From assembly GCA_902519235.1 (NCBI GenBank), contig CABYJE010000004.1, positions 4,331-68,330 on the forward strand: a stretch of DNA of 64,000 nt. The letters are read 5' to 3'. Under the pieces are notes generated by a model. It made no database searches. It was not told where the DNA came from and saw only the letters and a program-made list of their open reading frames with translations. The first letter of the stretch is position 1. Each line of letters begins with the position of its first letter. Source of the DNA: an uncultured Prochlorococcus sp. Its GTDB lineage: Bacteria; Cyanobacteriota; Cyanobacteriia; PCC-6307; Cyanobiaceae. The translations under genes were made by a program, and so were the position numbers. Positions 32,952 through 43,819 of the stretch are shown piece by piece.

Positions 32952-33746
32952 ATGAACTTTAAACCAATTCCTAATAAATTTGAATATTTAAATTGGCAAG
33001 AAATTGAGAGTATTGCAAAAGATAAAAGATCAACAGTGATTTGGCCCTTCGGCGCTGTTGAGCAACATGGGCCGCATTTGCCCCTTGCTACTGATAGTAT
33101 TTTTGTTGATGAAATCATTAGCGAAGTTTTTAAATTATTCTCTCCTGAAATTCCATTAAAAAAACTTCCAACTCAATACATTGGGTTTTCTCCAGAACAT
33201 AAGGGTTTTGCCGGGACAATTTCACTTTCCTCAAATTTAATAACCTCAATGATAAAGGAAGTCGGAGGTCAATTATCTGAAATGGGTTTTAAAAGATTGA
33301 TATTGATTAATGGACATGGAGGTCAAATCTCACTATTAAATACAGCGGCAAGAGAACTAAGAAGTTTCGCTCCTAGAATGGCAGTCTTTCCTTGCTTTTT
33401 ATGGAGTGGTGTTAATGGATTAAGTGAATTGTTAACAAAAACTGAGATCGAGGATGGGCTTCATGCTTCATTAGCTGAAACAAGTTTGATGCTCGCCTTA
33501 AAACCAGAATTAGTAGGTGATGAACGCCCAAATGAGGTTAATAAAGCAGAGATCCCTGAAGGCTGGAGCCTAGAGGGCAATGCGCCTACTGCTTGGCTTA
33601 CTAAAGACTTCAGTAAATCAGGTGTTATTGGAGATAGTAGAGGCGCAAATGAGTCTTTAGGGAATAATCTAAAGGAATTATTGATTAATCATTGGTTCAA
33701 ATTGATTATGAATCTGATGCAATCAGATTGGCCAAACAATTCTTAA
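32952..33746 (+). CDS. Creatininase family amidohydrolase
   Basis: GAVEQHGPHLPLATD, SPEH, NGHGG, HASLAETS, SGVIG. Confidence 0.92.
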   Translation: MNFKPIPNKFEYLNWQEIESIAKDKRSTVIWPFGAVEQHGPHLPLATDSIFVDEIISEVFKLFSPEIPLKKLPTQYIGFSPEHKGFAGTISLSSNLITSMIKEVGGQLSEMGFKRLILINGHGGQISLLNTAARELRSFAPRMAVFPCFLWSGVNGLSELLTKTEIEDGLHASLAETSLMLALKPELVGDERPNEVNKAEIPEGWSLEGNAPTAWLTKDFSKSGVIGDSRGANESLGNNLKELLINHWFKLIMNLMQSDWPNNS

Positions 33747-33830
33747 ATAAATTTAAGTAAAAAATGTGACTTAACAATTGAAACTATTTTCATGATATTT
33801 AAATAAACTCTCTATAATCGTGTAATATTC

Positions 33831-34586
33831 ATGCATAATGAGCTAAAGATTACTGACATGCAAACTCTAGAATCAAATAAAAAAACTATTGAAGAATCGA
33901 CTAATCCGATTTCTTTAGATTTGCCCGACTTCACTACAGATTCTTACAAGGATGCATACAGCAGAATAAATGCAATTGTTATAGAGGGAGAGCAAGAGGC
34001 TCATGATAATTACATTTCAATAGCAACTTTAATTCCAAATGAGTTAGAGGAGTTAACTAAATTGGCGAGAATGGAAATGAAGCATAAAAAAGGCTTTACT
34101 GCATGTGGAAGAAATTTAGGTGTAGTAGCTGATATGGAATTTGCGAAAAAATTCTTTTCTAAATTACATGGTAATTTTCAAGTTGCTCTTGAAAAAGGAA
34201 ATTTAACAACATGTCTTTTAATACAAGCTATTTTAATTGAAGCATTTGCAATTTCTGCTTATAACGTCTACATAAGAGTTGCGGATCCTTTTGCAAAAAA
34301 AATAACAGAAGGAGTGGTTAAAGATGAATATCTTCATTTAAATTATGGTCAAGAATGGCTTAAAGAAAATTTATCTACTTGTAAAGAGGAATTAATGGAA
34401 GCTAATAAGGTTAATCTTCCGTTAATTAAAAAGATGTTAGATGAAGTAGCAGATGACGCATCAGTTTTAGCTATGGACAGAGAAGAATTAATGGAAGAAT
34501 TTATGATTGCTTATCAAGATACATTGATGGAGATAGGTCTAGATAATAGAGAAATTGCAAGAATGGCTATGACAGCTATTGTCTAA
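33831..34586 (+). CDS. ado: Aldehyde-deformylating oxygenase (alternative start MQTLE at 33858)
   Basis: YKDAYSRINAIVIEGEQEAHDNY; di-iron ExxH motifs EMKH and EYLH; adjacent to aar. Confidence 0.97.
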   Translation: MHNELKITDMQTLESNKKTIEESTNPISLDLPDFTTDSYKDAYSRINAIVIEGEQEAHDNYISIATLIPNELEELTKLARMEMKHKKGFTACGRNLGVVADMEFAKKFFSKLHGNFQVALEKGNLTTCLLIQAILIEAFAISAYNVYIRVADPFAKKITEGVVKDEYLHLNYGQEWLKENLSTCKEELMEANKVNLPLIKKMLDEVADDASVLAMDREELMEEFMIAYQDTLMEIGLDNREIARMAMTAIV

Positions 34587-34694
34587 TAAAATTTCTAATT
34601 AATTAAGAATTTTAATAATTTATCAATCCTATTTAAGTAGTTATCTCTGTGCTATTGTTCATAACATTGTATAGAAACCATTTATAAATTTTAA

Positions 34695-35735
34695 ATGTTT
34701 GGGTTAATAGGCCACTCAACCAGTTTTGAAGATGCAAAAAGAAAAGCTTCTATGCTAGGCTTTGATCATATTGCTGATGGAGACTTGGATGTTTGGTGTA
34801 CTGCTCCTCCTCAGCTTGTTGAAAATGTAGAAGTTAAGAGTGCTACTGGAATATCTATTGAAGGTTCTTATATAGATTCCTGCTTTGTTCCTGAAATGCT
34901 TTCTAGGTTTAAAACGGCTAGAAGAAAAGTACTAAATGCTATGGAACTAGCTCAGAAAAAAGGGATTAACATTACTGCTTTAGGAGGATTTACTTCTATT
35001 ATTTTTGAGAATTTTAATCTTCTACAGCATAAACAAATTAGAAATACTTCATTAGAGTGGGAAAGGTTTACTACTGGCAATACTCATACCGCCTGGGTTA
35101 TTTGTAAGCAACTAGAAATAAATGCACCTCGCATTGGGATAGACCTTAAAAAAGCAACTGTTGCTGTAATTGGTGCTACAGGTGATATTGGTAGTGCTGT
35201 TTGTAGATGGCTTATCAATAAAACTGGGATTTCAGAACTTCTTATGGTAGCAAGACAACAAGAGCCACTAGCGCTTTTACAAAAAGAATTAGATGGTGGC
35301 ACCATAACAAGTTTAGATGAGGCATTGCCTCAGGCGGATATTGTTGTATGGGTAGCAAGTATGCCTAAAACTATTGAAATTGATACTGATAACTTAAAAA
35401 AACCATGTTTAATGATTGATGGTGGATACCCCAAAAATCTTGATGAGAAATTTCAGGGTGAAAATATTCATGTTTTAAAAGGAGGAATAGTAGAGTTTTT
35501 CAATGATATTGGTTGGAATATGATGGAACTTGCAGAAATGCAAAATCCTCAGCGAGAGATGTTTGCTTGTTTTGCAGAAGCTATGATTTTAGAATTTGAA
35601 AAGTGTCATACAAACTTTAGTTGGGGAAGAAATAACATTTCCCTTGAAAAGATGGAATTTATTGGAGCAGCTTCTCTAAAGCATGGGTTTTCCGCCATTG
35701 GACTTGATAAGCAGCCTAAAGTATTAACTGTCTAA
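34695..35735 (+). CDS. aar: Long-chain acyl-ACP reductase
   Basis: [47 protein letters not shown]. Confidence 0.97.
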   Translation: MFGLIGHSTSFEDAKRKASMLGFDHIADGDLDVWCTAPPQLVENVEVKSATGISIEGSYIDSCFVPEMLSRFKTARRKVLNAMELAQKKGINITALGGFTSIIFENFNLLQHKQIRNTSLEWERFTTGNTHTAWVICKQLEINAPRIGIDLKKATVAVIGATGDIGSAVCRWLINKTGISELLMVARQQEPLALLQKELDGGTITSLDEALPQADIVVWVASMPKTIEIDTDNLKKPCLMIDGGYPKNLDEKFQGENIHVLKGGIVEFFNDIGWNMMELAEMQNPQREMFACFAEAMILEFEKCHTNFSWGRNNISLEKMEFIGAASLKHGFSAIGLDKQPKVLTV

Positions 35736-35738
35736 ATT

Positions 35739-36746
35739 ATGGCTAAACGTTACCTCCTTGATTTTGAAAAGCCTCTTGTTGAACTTGAGAAGCAGATAGA
35801 GCAAATTAAAGAATTAGCTCGAGATTCAGAGGTAGATGTTAGTCAACAGCTTCTACAGCTTGAAACCTTAGCTGCTAGGAGAAGAGAAGAAATATTTAAA
35901 TCCCTTACCCCTGCACAAAAGATTCAGGTAGCTAGACATCCTCAAAGACCAAGTACTTTGGACTTTGTTCAAATGTTTTGTGATGACTGGATCGAATTAC
36001 ATGGAGACAGAAATGGTGGCGATGATATGGCACTAATTGGGGGGATAGGTTCGATAAATAATAGACCAGTGATGATGTTAGGGCATCAGAAAGGGAGGGA
36101 TACAAAAGAAAATGTAGTACGAAACTTTGGGATGGCAAAACCAGGAGGATATAGAAAAGCTCTTAGATTAATGCAGCATGCAAATAGATTCTCCTTGCCT
36201 ATTCTTACATTTATTGATACTCCTGGAGCTTATGCTGGTTTAAAAGCTGAAGAACAGGGTCAAGGTGAAGCGATTGCAAGAAATCTGCGAGAGATGTTTG
36301 GATTTAAAGTTCCAATTGTGGCTACTGTCATTGGAGAAGGAGGTTCAGGCGGTGCACTTGGAATAGGCGTTGCCGATAGGTTGCTAATGTTTGAACACAG
36401 TGTTTATACAGTTGCTAGTCCAGAAGCATGTGCATCAATTTTGTGGAGAGATGCTGCGAAAGCACCAGAAGCTGCATCAGCACTTAAAATTACAGGTAAA
36501 GATTTACTTAAATTGGGAATAATAGATGAAGTATTAACAGAACCTTCTGGTGGGAATAATTGGGCTCCTTTAGATGCTGGTAATACACTTAAAGAGGCTA
36601 TTGAGAAACACCTTAATGCTTTACTGCAAATGTCTGAAGACGAACTAATTGAGGAAAGATACAAAAAGTTTAGGGTTTTAGGTAAATTTATCGAAGCAAA
36701 TAATATTGAAGAGATTTATAGTGAAATCCCCCAAAAAACTGAATAA
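35739..36746 (+). CDS. accA: Acetyl-CoA carboxylase carboxyltransferase alpha subunit
   Basis: [38 protein letters not shown]. Confidence 0.98.
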   Translation: MAKRYLLDFEKPLVELEKQIEQIKELARDSEVDVSQQLLQLETLAARRREEIFKSLTPAQKIQVARHPQRPSTLDFVQMFCDDWIELHGDRNGGDDMALIGGIGSINNRPVMMLGHQKGRDTKENVVRNFGMAKPGGYRKALRLMQHANRFSLPILTFIDTPGAYAGLKAEEQGQGEAIARNLREMFGFKVPIVATVIGEGGSGGALGIGVADRLLMFEHSVYTVASPEACASILWRDAAKAPEAASALKITGKDLLKLGIIDEVLTEPSGGNNWAPLDAGNTLKEAIEKHLNALLQMSEDELIEERYKKFRVLGKFIEANNIEEIYSEIPQKTE

Positions 36747-36747
36747 C

Positions 36748-37455
36748 TTGAAACTAGCTTTTATAACTGGTGCTACGAAAGGTATTGGTAGATCTACCGC
36801 AATTACTTTTGCCAATGCTGGCTGGGATTTAATTTTGCTCTCCAGGAATATGGATTTAATGGAGAAACTAAAGAGCGACCTTTTGAACACTAAATCAAAA
36901 ATTAACCTAGTAAAGTGTGATTTATCTAATCCTTTAGACATAGAGCATTGTGTTAAAAAGGCAATTGAGAAGTATGGGTGCCCTTCAGTACTGATAAATA
37001 ATGCCGGTTGCGCATTTAATGGCCCTTTAGTTGAAATGGAATTAAGTCAATGGGAACAAACTATTCAAATAAACCTCACAAGTGTTTTTCAAATTTGTAG
37101 TTCAATAATTCCTGAAATGAGAAAAAATGGTGGTTTAGTTATTAATGTTAGTAGTCATGCCTCTTATAATGCATTCCCCCAATGGGGAGCTTATTGTGTC
37201 TCAAAATCTGCACTAGCTATGTTTACAAAATGCTTGAGGGAGGAGGAGAGATCTAATTCAATAAGAGCGTGCACAATAACTCTTGGTTCAGTAAATACTC
37301 CTCTTTGGGACTCCGAATCAATCAATTCTGATTTTGATAGAACTTCTATGCTCTCCTCAAAAGAGGTATCAGAAACTATTCTCTATATGGCTCAAAAACC
37401 TGAATCTCAATTGATCGAAGACTTGACTTTGATGCCTTCTGGAGGTGCCTTTTAA
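36748..37455 (+). CDS. Short-chain dehydrogenase/reductase (TTG at 36748 preferred, avoids overlap with accA)
   Basis: TGATKGIG, NNAG, NVSS, YCVSK (YxxxK). Confidence 0.9.
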   Translation: MKLAFITGATKGIGRSTAITFANAGWDLILLSRNMDLMEKLKSDLLNTKSKINLVKCDLSNPLDIEHCVKKAIEKYGCPSVLINNAGCAFNGPLVEMELSQWEQTIQINLTSVFQICSSIIPEMRKNGGLVINVSSHASYNAFPQWGAYCVSKSALAMFTKCLREEERSNSIRACTITLGSVNTPLWDSESINSDFDRTSMLSSKEVSETILYMAQKPESQLIEDLTLMPSGGAF

Positions 37456-37506
37456 ACATTCTGTTTATCTGATTAATCTCAAAACAGTGATTTTTTTTAG
37501 TGCTAT

Positions 37507-37540
37507 TTGAACCCGATTGAACAAGAGAATGTGATATAAT
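37507..37540 (+). promoter_or_regulatory. Putative folE promoter: extended -10 TGATATAAT with an upstream TTGAAC direct repeat
   Basis: TGnTATAAT at 37532-37540; TTGAAC at 37507-37512 and 37517-37522. Confidence 0.5.
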
Positions 37541-37608
37541 ATATTAGCAATTAAGCTTTTGGAAGATACAGTTAATTAAGTTGCATACAATTTTCTGTTT
37601 AAAATTTT

Positions 37609-38349
37609 ATGACCTCTACATTACCCAACGATAATATTAGAAACTTTGACGACCAGATTACTAATAAACTAATTTCTGAAATTATAAGAGATAGAATTAA
37701 GAATTCTGGGACAAGATATAGTGCTAACGATAATATTGCTGATTTTATAAATCCTGGTGAATTAGAAATTTTAGAAAAAGAAGTAGCCTCAAGAGTTAAA
37801 GACTTACTAAAGTCCCTCGTAATAGACGTTGAAAATGATCATAATACTCAAGAAACTGCTGAAAGAGTTTCAAAAATGTATTTAAATGAAGTTTTTAAAG
37901 GCAGATATCATGAACAACCTAAAGTTACAAGTTTCCCTAATGACAAGAATCTTGATGAAATTTATACAGTTGGCCCAATTTCTGTCAGATCAGCATGTTC
38001 GCATCACTTAGTGCCAATTTTAGGAGAGTGCTGGATAGGTATTAAACCTGGTAATAAAGTCATAGGACTTTCAAAATTTGCGAGAGTTGCTGATTGGGTT
38101 TTTTCAAGACCTCATATACAGGAAGAAGCTGTAATGATCCTTGCAGATGAAATTGAAAAATTATGTGAACCTAAAGGTTTAGGCATTATTGTAAAGGCCC
38201 AACATTATTGTATGAAGTGGAGGGGAGTCAAAGAACCCAATACAAGTATGATAAATTCTGTTGTGAGAGGCGATTTTAGACACGATTTAAGTTTAAAACA
38301 AGAATTTTTTGAGCTTGTAAAACAGCAGTCCGCTACTAATAATTACTAA
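37609..38349 (+). CDS. folE: GTP cyclohydrolase I
   Basis: TAERVSKMY, SACSHHLVP, GLSKFAR, IQEE, HYCMKWRGV zinc ligands. Confidence 0.96.
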   Translation: MTSTLPNDNIRNFDDQITNKLISEIIRDRIKNSGTRYSANDNIADFINPGELEILEKEVASRVKDLLKSLVIDVENDHNTQETAERVSKMYLNEVFKGRYHEQPKVTSFPNDKNLDEIYTVGPISVRSACSHHLVPILGECWIGIKPGNKVIGLSKFARVADWVFSRPHIQEEAVMILADEIEKLCEPKGLGIIVKAQHYCMKWRGVKEPNTSMINSVVRGDFRHDLSLKQEFFELVKQQSATNNY

Positions 38350-39002
38350 TTTCTTTTTAAAAACTTAAAGAGATCCTCTGTTTTTTTGATATCTTTTAAA
38401 CCTGGCGAAATTTCAATACTACTTGAAATATCTAATCCATCTGGGTTGAATTCAGTGAGGATTTCATCAATCCATTCAATTGATATTCCACCTGCCAACC
38501 ACCATGGTTTGCTAAATTGCAAATTCTTTAAATAAATAGAATTTATTTTTTCCCCGGAACCTCCATAAGTATCTTTATTCCAAGAATCAAGTAGTATCGC
38601 ATCTACAAAATCCTCAAAAGGTTTTATTTTATCTATGTCCTTTTCCGTTTTTATCCTGAAAGCCTTCCATAGACCAATATTGGGAATTTTTTCTCTTATT
38701 TCTTTGCAATAATCAATATCTTCATCTCCATGTAATTGAATGATAGTTTCACTTGGTTTTCCTAAGAAATTTTGAATAATTAAGTCTATTGGACAATTTT
38801 GTACAACAGATACCCTCTCGATTTTTGGATACAATCTTTCTAATGTTGTAAAAATATTTTTCTTAATTTCAGCTGATATATATCTTGGTGATTGTTCCAC
38901 GGAAATAATGCCGATAGCATGCGCTCCTAACTTTGCGACTCGAAGAGCTTGTTCTTCTGAAGTTAGGCCACAAATTTTAATTAAAGTATTACTCTTGGGC
39001 AT
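38346..39002 (-). CDS. trpF: Phosphoribosylanthranilate isomerase
   Basis: IKICGLT, SPRYI, IQLHGDE, LLDS...GGSG, LAGG. Confidence 0.96.
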   Translation of the reverse strand: MPKSNTLIKICGLTSEEQALRVAKLGAHAIGIISVEQSPRYISAEIKKNIFTTLERLYPKIERVSVVQNCPIDLIIQNFLGKPSETIIQLHGDEDIDYCKEIREKIPNIGLWKAFRIKTEKDIDKIKPFEDFVDAILLDSWNKDTYGGSGEKINSIYLKNLQFSKPWWLAGGISIEWIDEILTEFNPDGLDISSSIEISPGLKDIKKTEDLFKFLKRN

Positions 39003-39057
39003 ATAATTAGCCTTTATGTAAAATTAATATTATTGCTAAATATAGCGGAGATTATTT

Positions 39058-40281
39058 TTGAGAAGTTGGCAAATTTTTAAAATATGGGGAATTCCCTTTA
39101 AAGTTCACCCTTATTGGTTTGTTATTCTCTTTTTGTTCTCATGGAGTATAAGTAATCAGGTTAATTTGACTTCAGGTGATATTTATAATATTAAAGAATC
39201 TTGGATTATAGGATTTTTAACTTCTTTTTTCCTATTATCTTCAATTATTTTTCATGAGGTTTTTCATACTTTTGTTTCACTTAATCAGGGTGTAAAAATA
39301 AAAAAAATCACTTTTTATTTTCTAGGAGCAATTTTACAAATAGATAAGTATTGCCAAAATGCCTTAGGTAATATAAAAATTGCAATTGTTAGACCTCTTT
39401 TATGCTTCGCTACAGCATCTATCCTACTTTTAATTAGTAAGAACAGTGCATCTCAAGAACAAATAGCAGTTAATGTAATTTCTAGAGTGGGTATATTTAA
39501 TTTATTCTTAGGTTTCTTAAATTTGATTCCAATTGGTTCTTTAGATGGGGGAAATTTATTAAAAAGTATTATTTGGTATTTCTCAGGGAGTAAAAATAAA
39601 GGAAGAAATTTCCTCAATAAAGTAAATTTATTATTATCTTTTTTTGTTTTATTTTTTGGGATAGTTTGTTTATTTAGATTTAACTTTTACTTTGGTTTTA
39701 TTCTTTCTTTTTTGGGCTTGTTTGGAGTTAATTCTTCAAAATCTGAAAGTCAATTTTTTAAAATTGAAAACATACTTAAATTTAGTCAAATTTCTGAGAT
39801 CAAATTAAAGCCTTTGAGGAAAATTGAATTCGATTCAAATTTGTCAGAGTTTAATACATTAATAAAAAATAAAAAGGATGCATCGGATAAATATTTTTTT
39901 GTTACGAATAATGGTAGATGGACCGGTTTTGTTGATGAGAATATTTTAAAAACTGTTTCCTTAAAAAAATGGGAACGGAACTTTGTTGGAGATTTTAAGA
40001 AACCAATCGATAGTTTTGAAAGTGTATCTTATAACGATAAATTATGGAGAACTATAGAAAGACTTGAAGAAACAAATGAAGGTTTTTTATTGGTTCTCAA
40101 TGGTGCAGATATCCCTTTAGGGATAATTGATAGGTCAAAAATTGGAAATTTTGTATTGAATAAATTAGGATTTAATTTGTCTTCAGAGATTGTTAACAAA
40201 TTAAACTTTAAAAATCATTATCCCTTAGGAATTGAATTGCCAAGAATAATTAATTCAATGAAGCAGAAAGGAGATCTTTAA
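39058..40281 (+). CDS. Site-2 protease (M50) with C-terminal CBS-like domains
   Basis: HEVFH (HExxH), NLIPIGSLDGG, multiple TM helices. Confidence 0.88.
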   Translation: MRSWQIFKIWGIPFKVHPYWFVILFLFSWSISNQVNLTSGDIYNIKESWIIGFLTSFFLLSSIIFHEVFHTFVSLNQGVKIKKITFYFLGAILQIDKYCQNALGNIKIAIVRPLLCFATASILLLISKNSASQEQIAVNVISRVGIFNLFLGFLNLIPIGSLDGGNLLKSIIWYFSGSKNKGRNFLNKVNLLLSFFVLFFGIVCLFRFNFYFGFILSFLGLFGVNSSKSESQFFKIENILKFSQISEIKLKPLRKIEFDSNLSEFNTLIKNKKDASDKYFFVTNNGRWTGFVDENILKTVSLKKWERNFVGDFKKPIDSFESVSYNDKLWRTIERLEETNEGFLLVLNGADIPLGIIDRSKIGNFVLNKLGFNLSSEIVNKLNFKNHYPLGIELPRIINSMKQKGDL

Positions 40282-40303
40282 TAATTCTTGTCATTAAAAT
40301 TTT

Positions 40304-41032
40304 CTATTTTTTATTTCCTATGGCAATATTTTTGAAATTTATATTTGATTTATTTTTTAGGAATGAATTACTCAAATGTTGAACTATTTCATCATTTGTT
40401 AGTTTTAAATTTACTTTTGGTGGAGCTTCTTCTTTGAATAATTTGAACCACAAATCTCTTGGAGGATTTGTTTGTATCTCTCCATGTTGAAGGAATGCAC
40501 CTTTTTTACGAAATTGGGCACTACCTATTCTCTTAAACCCATCCTGATCAACTAAATCAGAAATTAATGAAGTCCCAAAACAATTTGTTTTAATGCTTGA
40601 TTTTTGTAAATTACCGTATTGTAAGTTTAGACCTAATTCACTAAAACTTTTAATTAACCAACTATTAACCATTTCATAACTTAAGACTTTATAGTAAGTT
40701 TTTTTAAATGTTAATGCATATGTTATGCCTCCTGAATGCAGAACAGCCCCCCCTCCAGAGGGACGTCTAACAATATTAATTTCCCCATTTGATAATAAAT
40801 TTTCCCAATGAAGAGGAATCTCCTTTTGGTGATAGCCAATTGAAAGCCAATCCCCAGTCCAATAGTAGAACCTCAATGTGAGAATTATTTCAGGATTCGA
40901 AATTGTCTGATCTAAAGAATTTAAATCTAAAGCCATTTGATCAAATCCAGGTAAACTATTTGTCGAAAAAATTAAAGCCTGATTTTCTATTCCCAAAATT
41001 AACTTAGTAGTTTTATTTATGATAATTTTCAA
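40304..41032 (-). CDS. Lipoate-protein ligase A family protein
   Basis: [39 protein letters not shown]. Confidence 0.9.
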   Translation of the reverse strand: MKIIINKTTKLILGIENQALIFSTNSLPGFDQMALDLNSLDQTISNPEIILTLRFYYWTGDWLSIGYHQKEIPLHWENLLSNGEINIVRRPSGGGAVLHSGGITYALTFKKTYYKVLSYEMVNSWLIKSFSELGLNLQYGNLQKSSIKTNCFGTSLISDLVDQDGFKRIGSAQFRKKGAFLQHGEIQTNPPRDLWFKLFKEEAPPKVNLKLTNDEIVQHLSNSFLKNKSNINFKNIAIGNKK

Positions 41033-41133
41033 TAAATTTTTTCTTTCAATTTGTTAATTACGTAACATCATTTTGTAATAGTGTTTCAAATCTTCTCTTT
41101 TCGGTGGAGAATATAGAAAATAATTTTTTTAAC

Positions 41134-41238
41134 ATGGAGCCAACTCAAACAATAAATCTTATTGCATTAAGCCTCATAGTTGTTATGCATGCAGGAGTTT
41201 TAGCACTAAGACTAGGAATTAGTTTAGGTAGGAACTAA
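41134..41238 (+). CDS. psaM: Photosystem I reaction centre subunit XII (34 aa)
   Basis: Below ORF-track cutoff; manual translation [34 protein letters not shown] with the LAxRLG motif; lies upstream of por. Confidence 0.88.
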   Translation: MEPTQTINLIALSLIVVMHAGVLALRLGISLGRN

Positions 41239-41296
41239 AGTCTTAAATTCTATTAGAAAATTTAAACTTATAAGGTAATAATAAAGTAAGACTGAA

Positions 41297-41677
41297 TTGA
41301 TTCATTCAGTAAAATATCAAGTACTTAATTTGTCAAAATCTTTTTATAAAAATAGTATCTTGAACAAAAAATATTTAGGTTCTGTTTTTATAAAAAGACA
41401 ACAGAAACAGGATAATTTTGTATCATTGATTTTTTTAATTATAAAAATTAGCTTTTCTCTTTTAGCAATAATAAGCCTGATTAAACTTGGCTATAGTTCT
41501 AAAGTAAGGTTGACCAGATTAAGGGAAATTGAAGACTCATTTTTATACGAAAAATATAGATTTAATGTTTTAACAGATAAGTTTGATGATTTATTCTCTT
41601 CCGAAGGTGAGCAAAGATTTATGAAGGATCAGGATCAAATAATTTCTAGGGACATTATCAGAGTAATATGGCGTTGA
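41297..41677 (+). CDS. Hypothetical bitopic coiled-coil protein, FtsB/DivIC-like architecture (start may be TTG at 41330)
   Basis: One TM helix, about 30-residue heptad segment, short C-terminal beta strand (IIRVIW). Confidence 0.6.
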   Translation: MIHSVKYQVLNLSKSFYKNSILNKKYLGSVFIKRQQKQDNFVSLIFLIIKISFSLLAIISLIKLGYSSKVRLTRLREIEDSFLYEKYRFNVLTDKFDDLFSSEGEQRFMKDQDQIISRDIIRVIWR

Positions 41678-41725
41678 TAAGTATGATCTAAAATCATTTT
41701 ACTTATCATTTAACTATTTAATTTT

Positions 41726-42736
41726 TTGCTAGTGAGTAAAGACATTAAGGGATTAGCCCTAATAACAGGCACAACTTCAGGAGTTGGACTGAATACTCTA
41801 AAACCTCTTATAAGATTTGGATGGGAAGTTATAGCGGTTAATCGATCAAATAAAAGAGCTATATCAATAACCGAAAAATTCTTAACAAAAGAGGAATTTA
41901 AAAATATACATTTTATAGAAATAGATCTCTCTGACTTGGATGATGTAAGAAAAGGTTGTAATGAAATATTGGATAGATTTAAAAAACCAATCAATTCTCT
42001 TATTTGTAATGCAGCAGTTTATAAGCCAAGACTTAAGAGACCTGAAAGATCTCCTCAGGGTTTTGAAAACTCCATGGCGGTAAATCATTTTGGGCATTTC
42101 CTTATGATAAACATGCTTTTAGAGAATATTTTATCTTCAGAAAGAGAAATTTCTTTAAATGGAAAAGCTACTTTATTCAAGCCAAGAATTACGGTATTAG
42201 GGACTGTTACTGCTAATTATTCAGAACTTGGAGGGAGGATCCCCATCCCTGCTCCAGCTGATCTGGGAGACTTATCTGGATTTAAAAATGGTTTTTTATC
42301 TCCAATAAGTATGGCGAATGGAAAGAAATTCAAACCTGGCAAGGCTTATAAAGATAGTAAACTTTGCAATATGGTGACCGTTCAGGAATTATCAAAAAGA
42401 TATCCTGCAGAGAAAATTATTGTAAATTCTCTATATCCTGGATGTGTTGCTGATACAAAACTTTTTAGAGATACACCTTGGTTATTTAGATTCCTTTTCC
42501 CGATATTTCAAAAATTTATAACAAAAGGATATGTTTCACAAAGACTGGCAGGAGAAAGGGTCGCTCAAGTGGCAACTTATAAAGAATTTGCTAAACCATC
42601 AGTCCATTGGAGCTGGGGAAATCGTCAGAAAACTGGTAGAAAAGCTTTTTCTCAAAAGTTGTCGAAAAGAATAATTGATACGAAGACCTCTCAACAAACC
42701 TATGATTTAACGAGCCAATTGGTTGGATTAGGTTAA
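41726..42736 (+). CDS. por: Light-dependent protochlorophyllide oxidoreductase
   Basis: TGTTSGVG, CNAAVY, VNHFGHF, AYKDSKLCN, LYPGCVA. Confidence 0.96.
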   Translation: MLVSKDIKGLALITGTTSGVGLNTLKPLIRFGWEVIAVNRSNKRAISITEKFLTKEEFKNIHFIEIDLSDLDDVRKGCNEILDRFKKPINSLICNAAVYKPRLKRPERSPQGFENSMAVNHFGHFLMINMLLENILSSEREISLNGKATLFKPRITVLGTVTANYSELGGRIPIPAPADLGDLSGFKNGFLSPISMANGKKFKPGKAYKDSKLCNMVTVQELSKRYPAEKIIVNSLYPGCVADTKLFRDTPWLFRFLFPIFQKFITKGYVSQRLAGERVAQVATYKEFAKPSVHWSWGNRQKTGRKAFSQKLSKRIIDTKTSQQTYDLTSQLVGLG

Positions 42737-42742
42737 TTTAGA

Positions 42743-43630
<888 letters not shown>

Positions 43631-43819
43631 TTAAAGCTTAAAACACATTATTATTTATATTCTTGCAGCGCAAATACACATGAAATATGTTTCTAAACAA
43701 ATATGTATTTAATTGTATTAATAGCCGGTAATATGTTCTTATAACTGAATTTTTAGAATTAAATCTATTAGATTATGAGTGGAAATACTCATGACTTAAT
43801 TATAATTTATTAGTAGAAA

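Noticed and set aside
33831-36746. ado-aar-accA cluster as a new system
   Set aside because: Established cyanobacterial alkane biosynthesis locus
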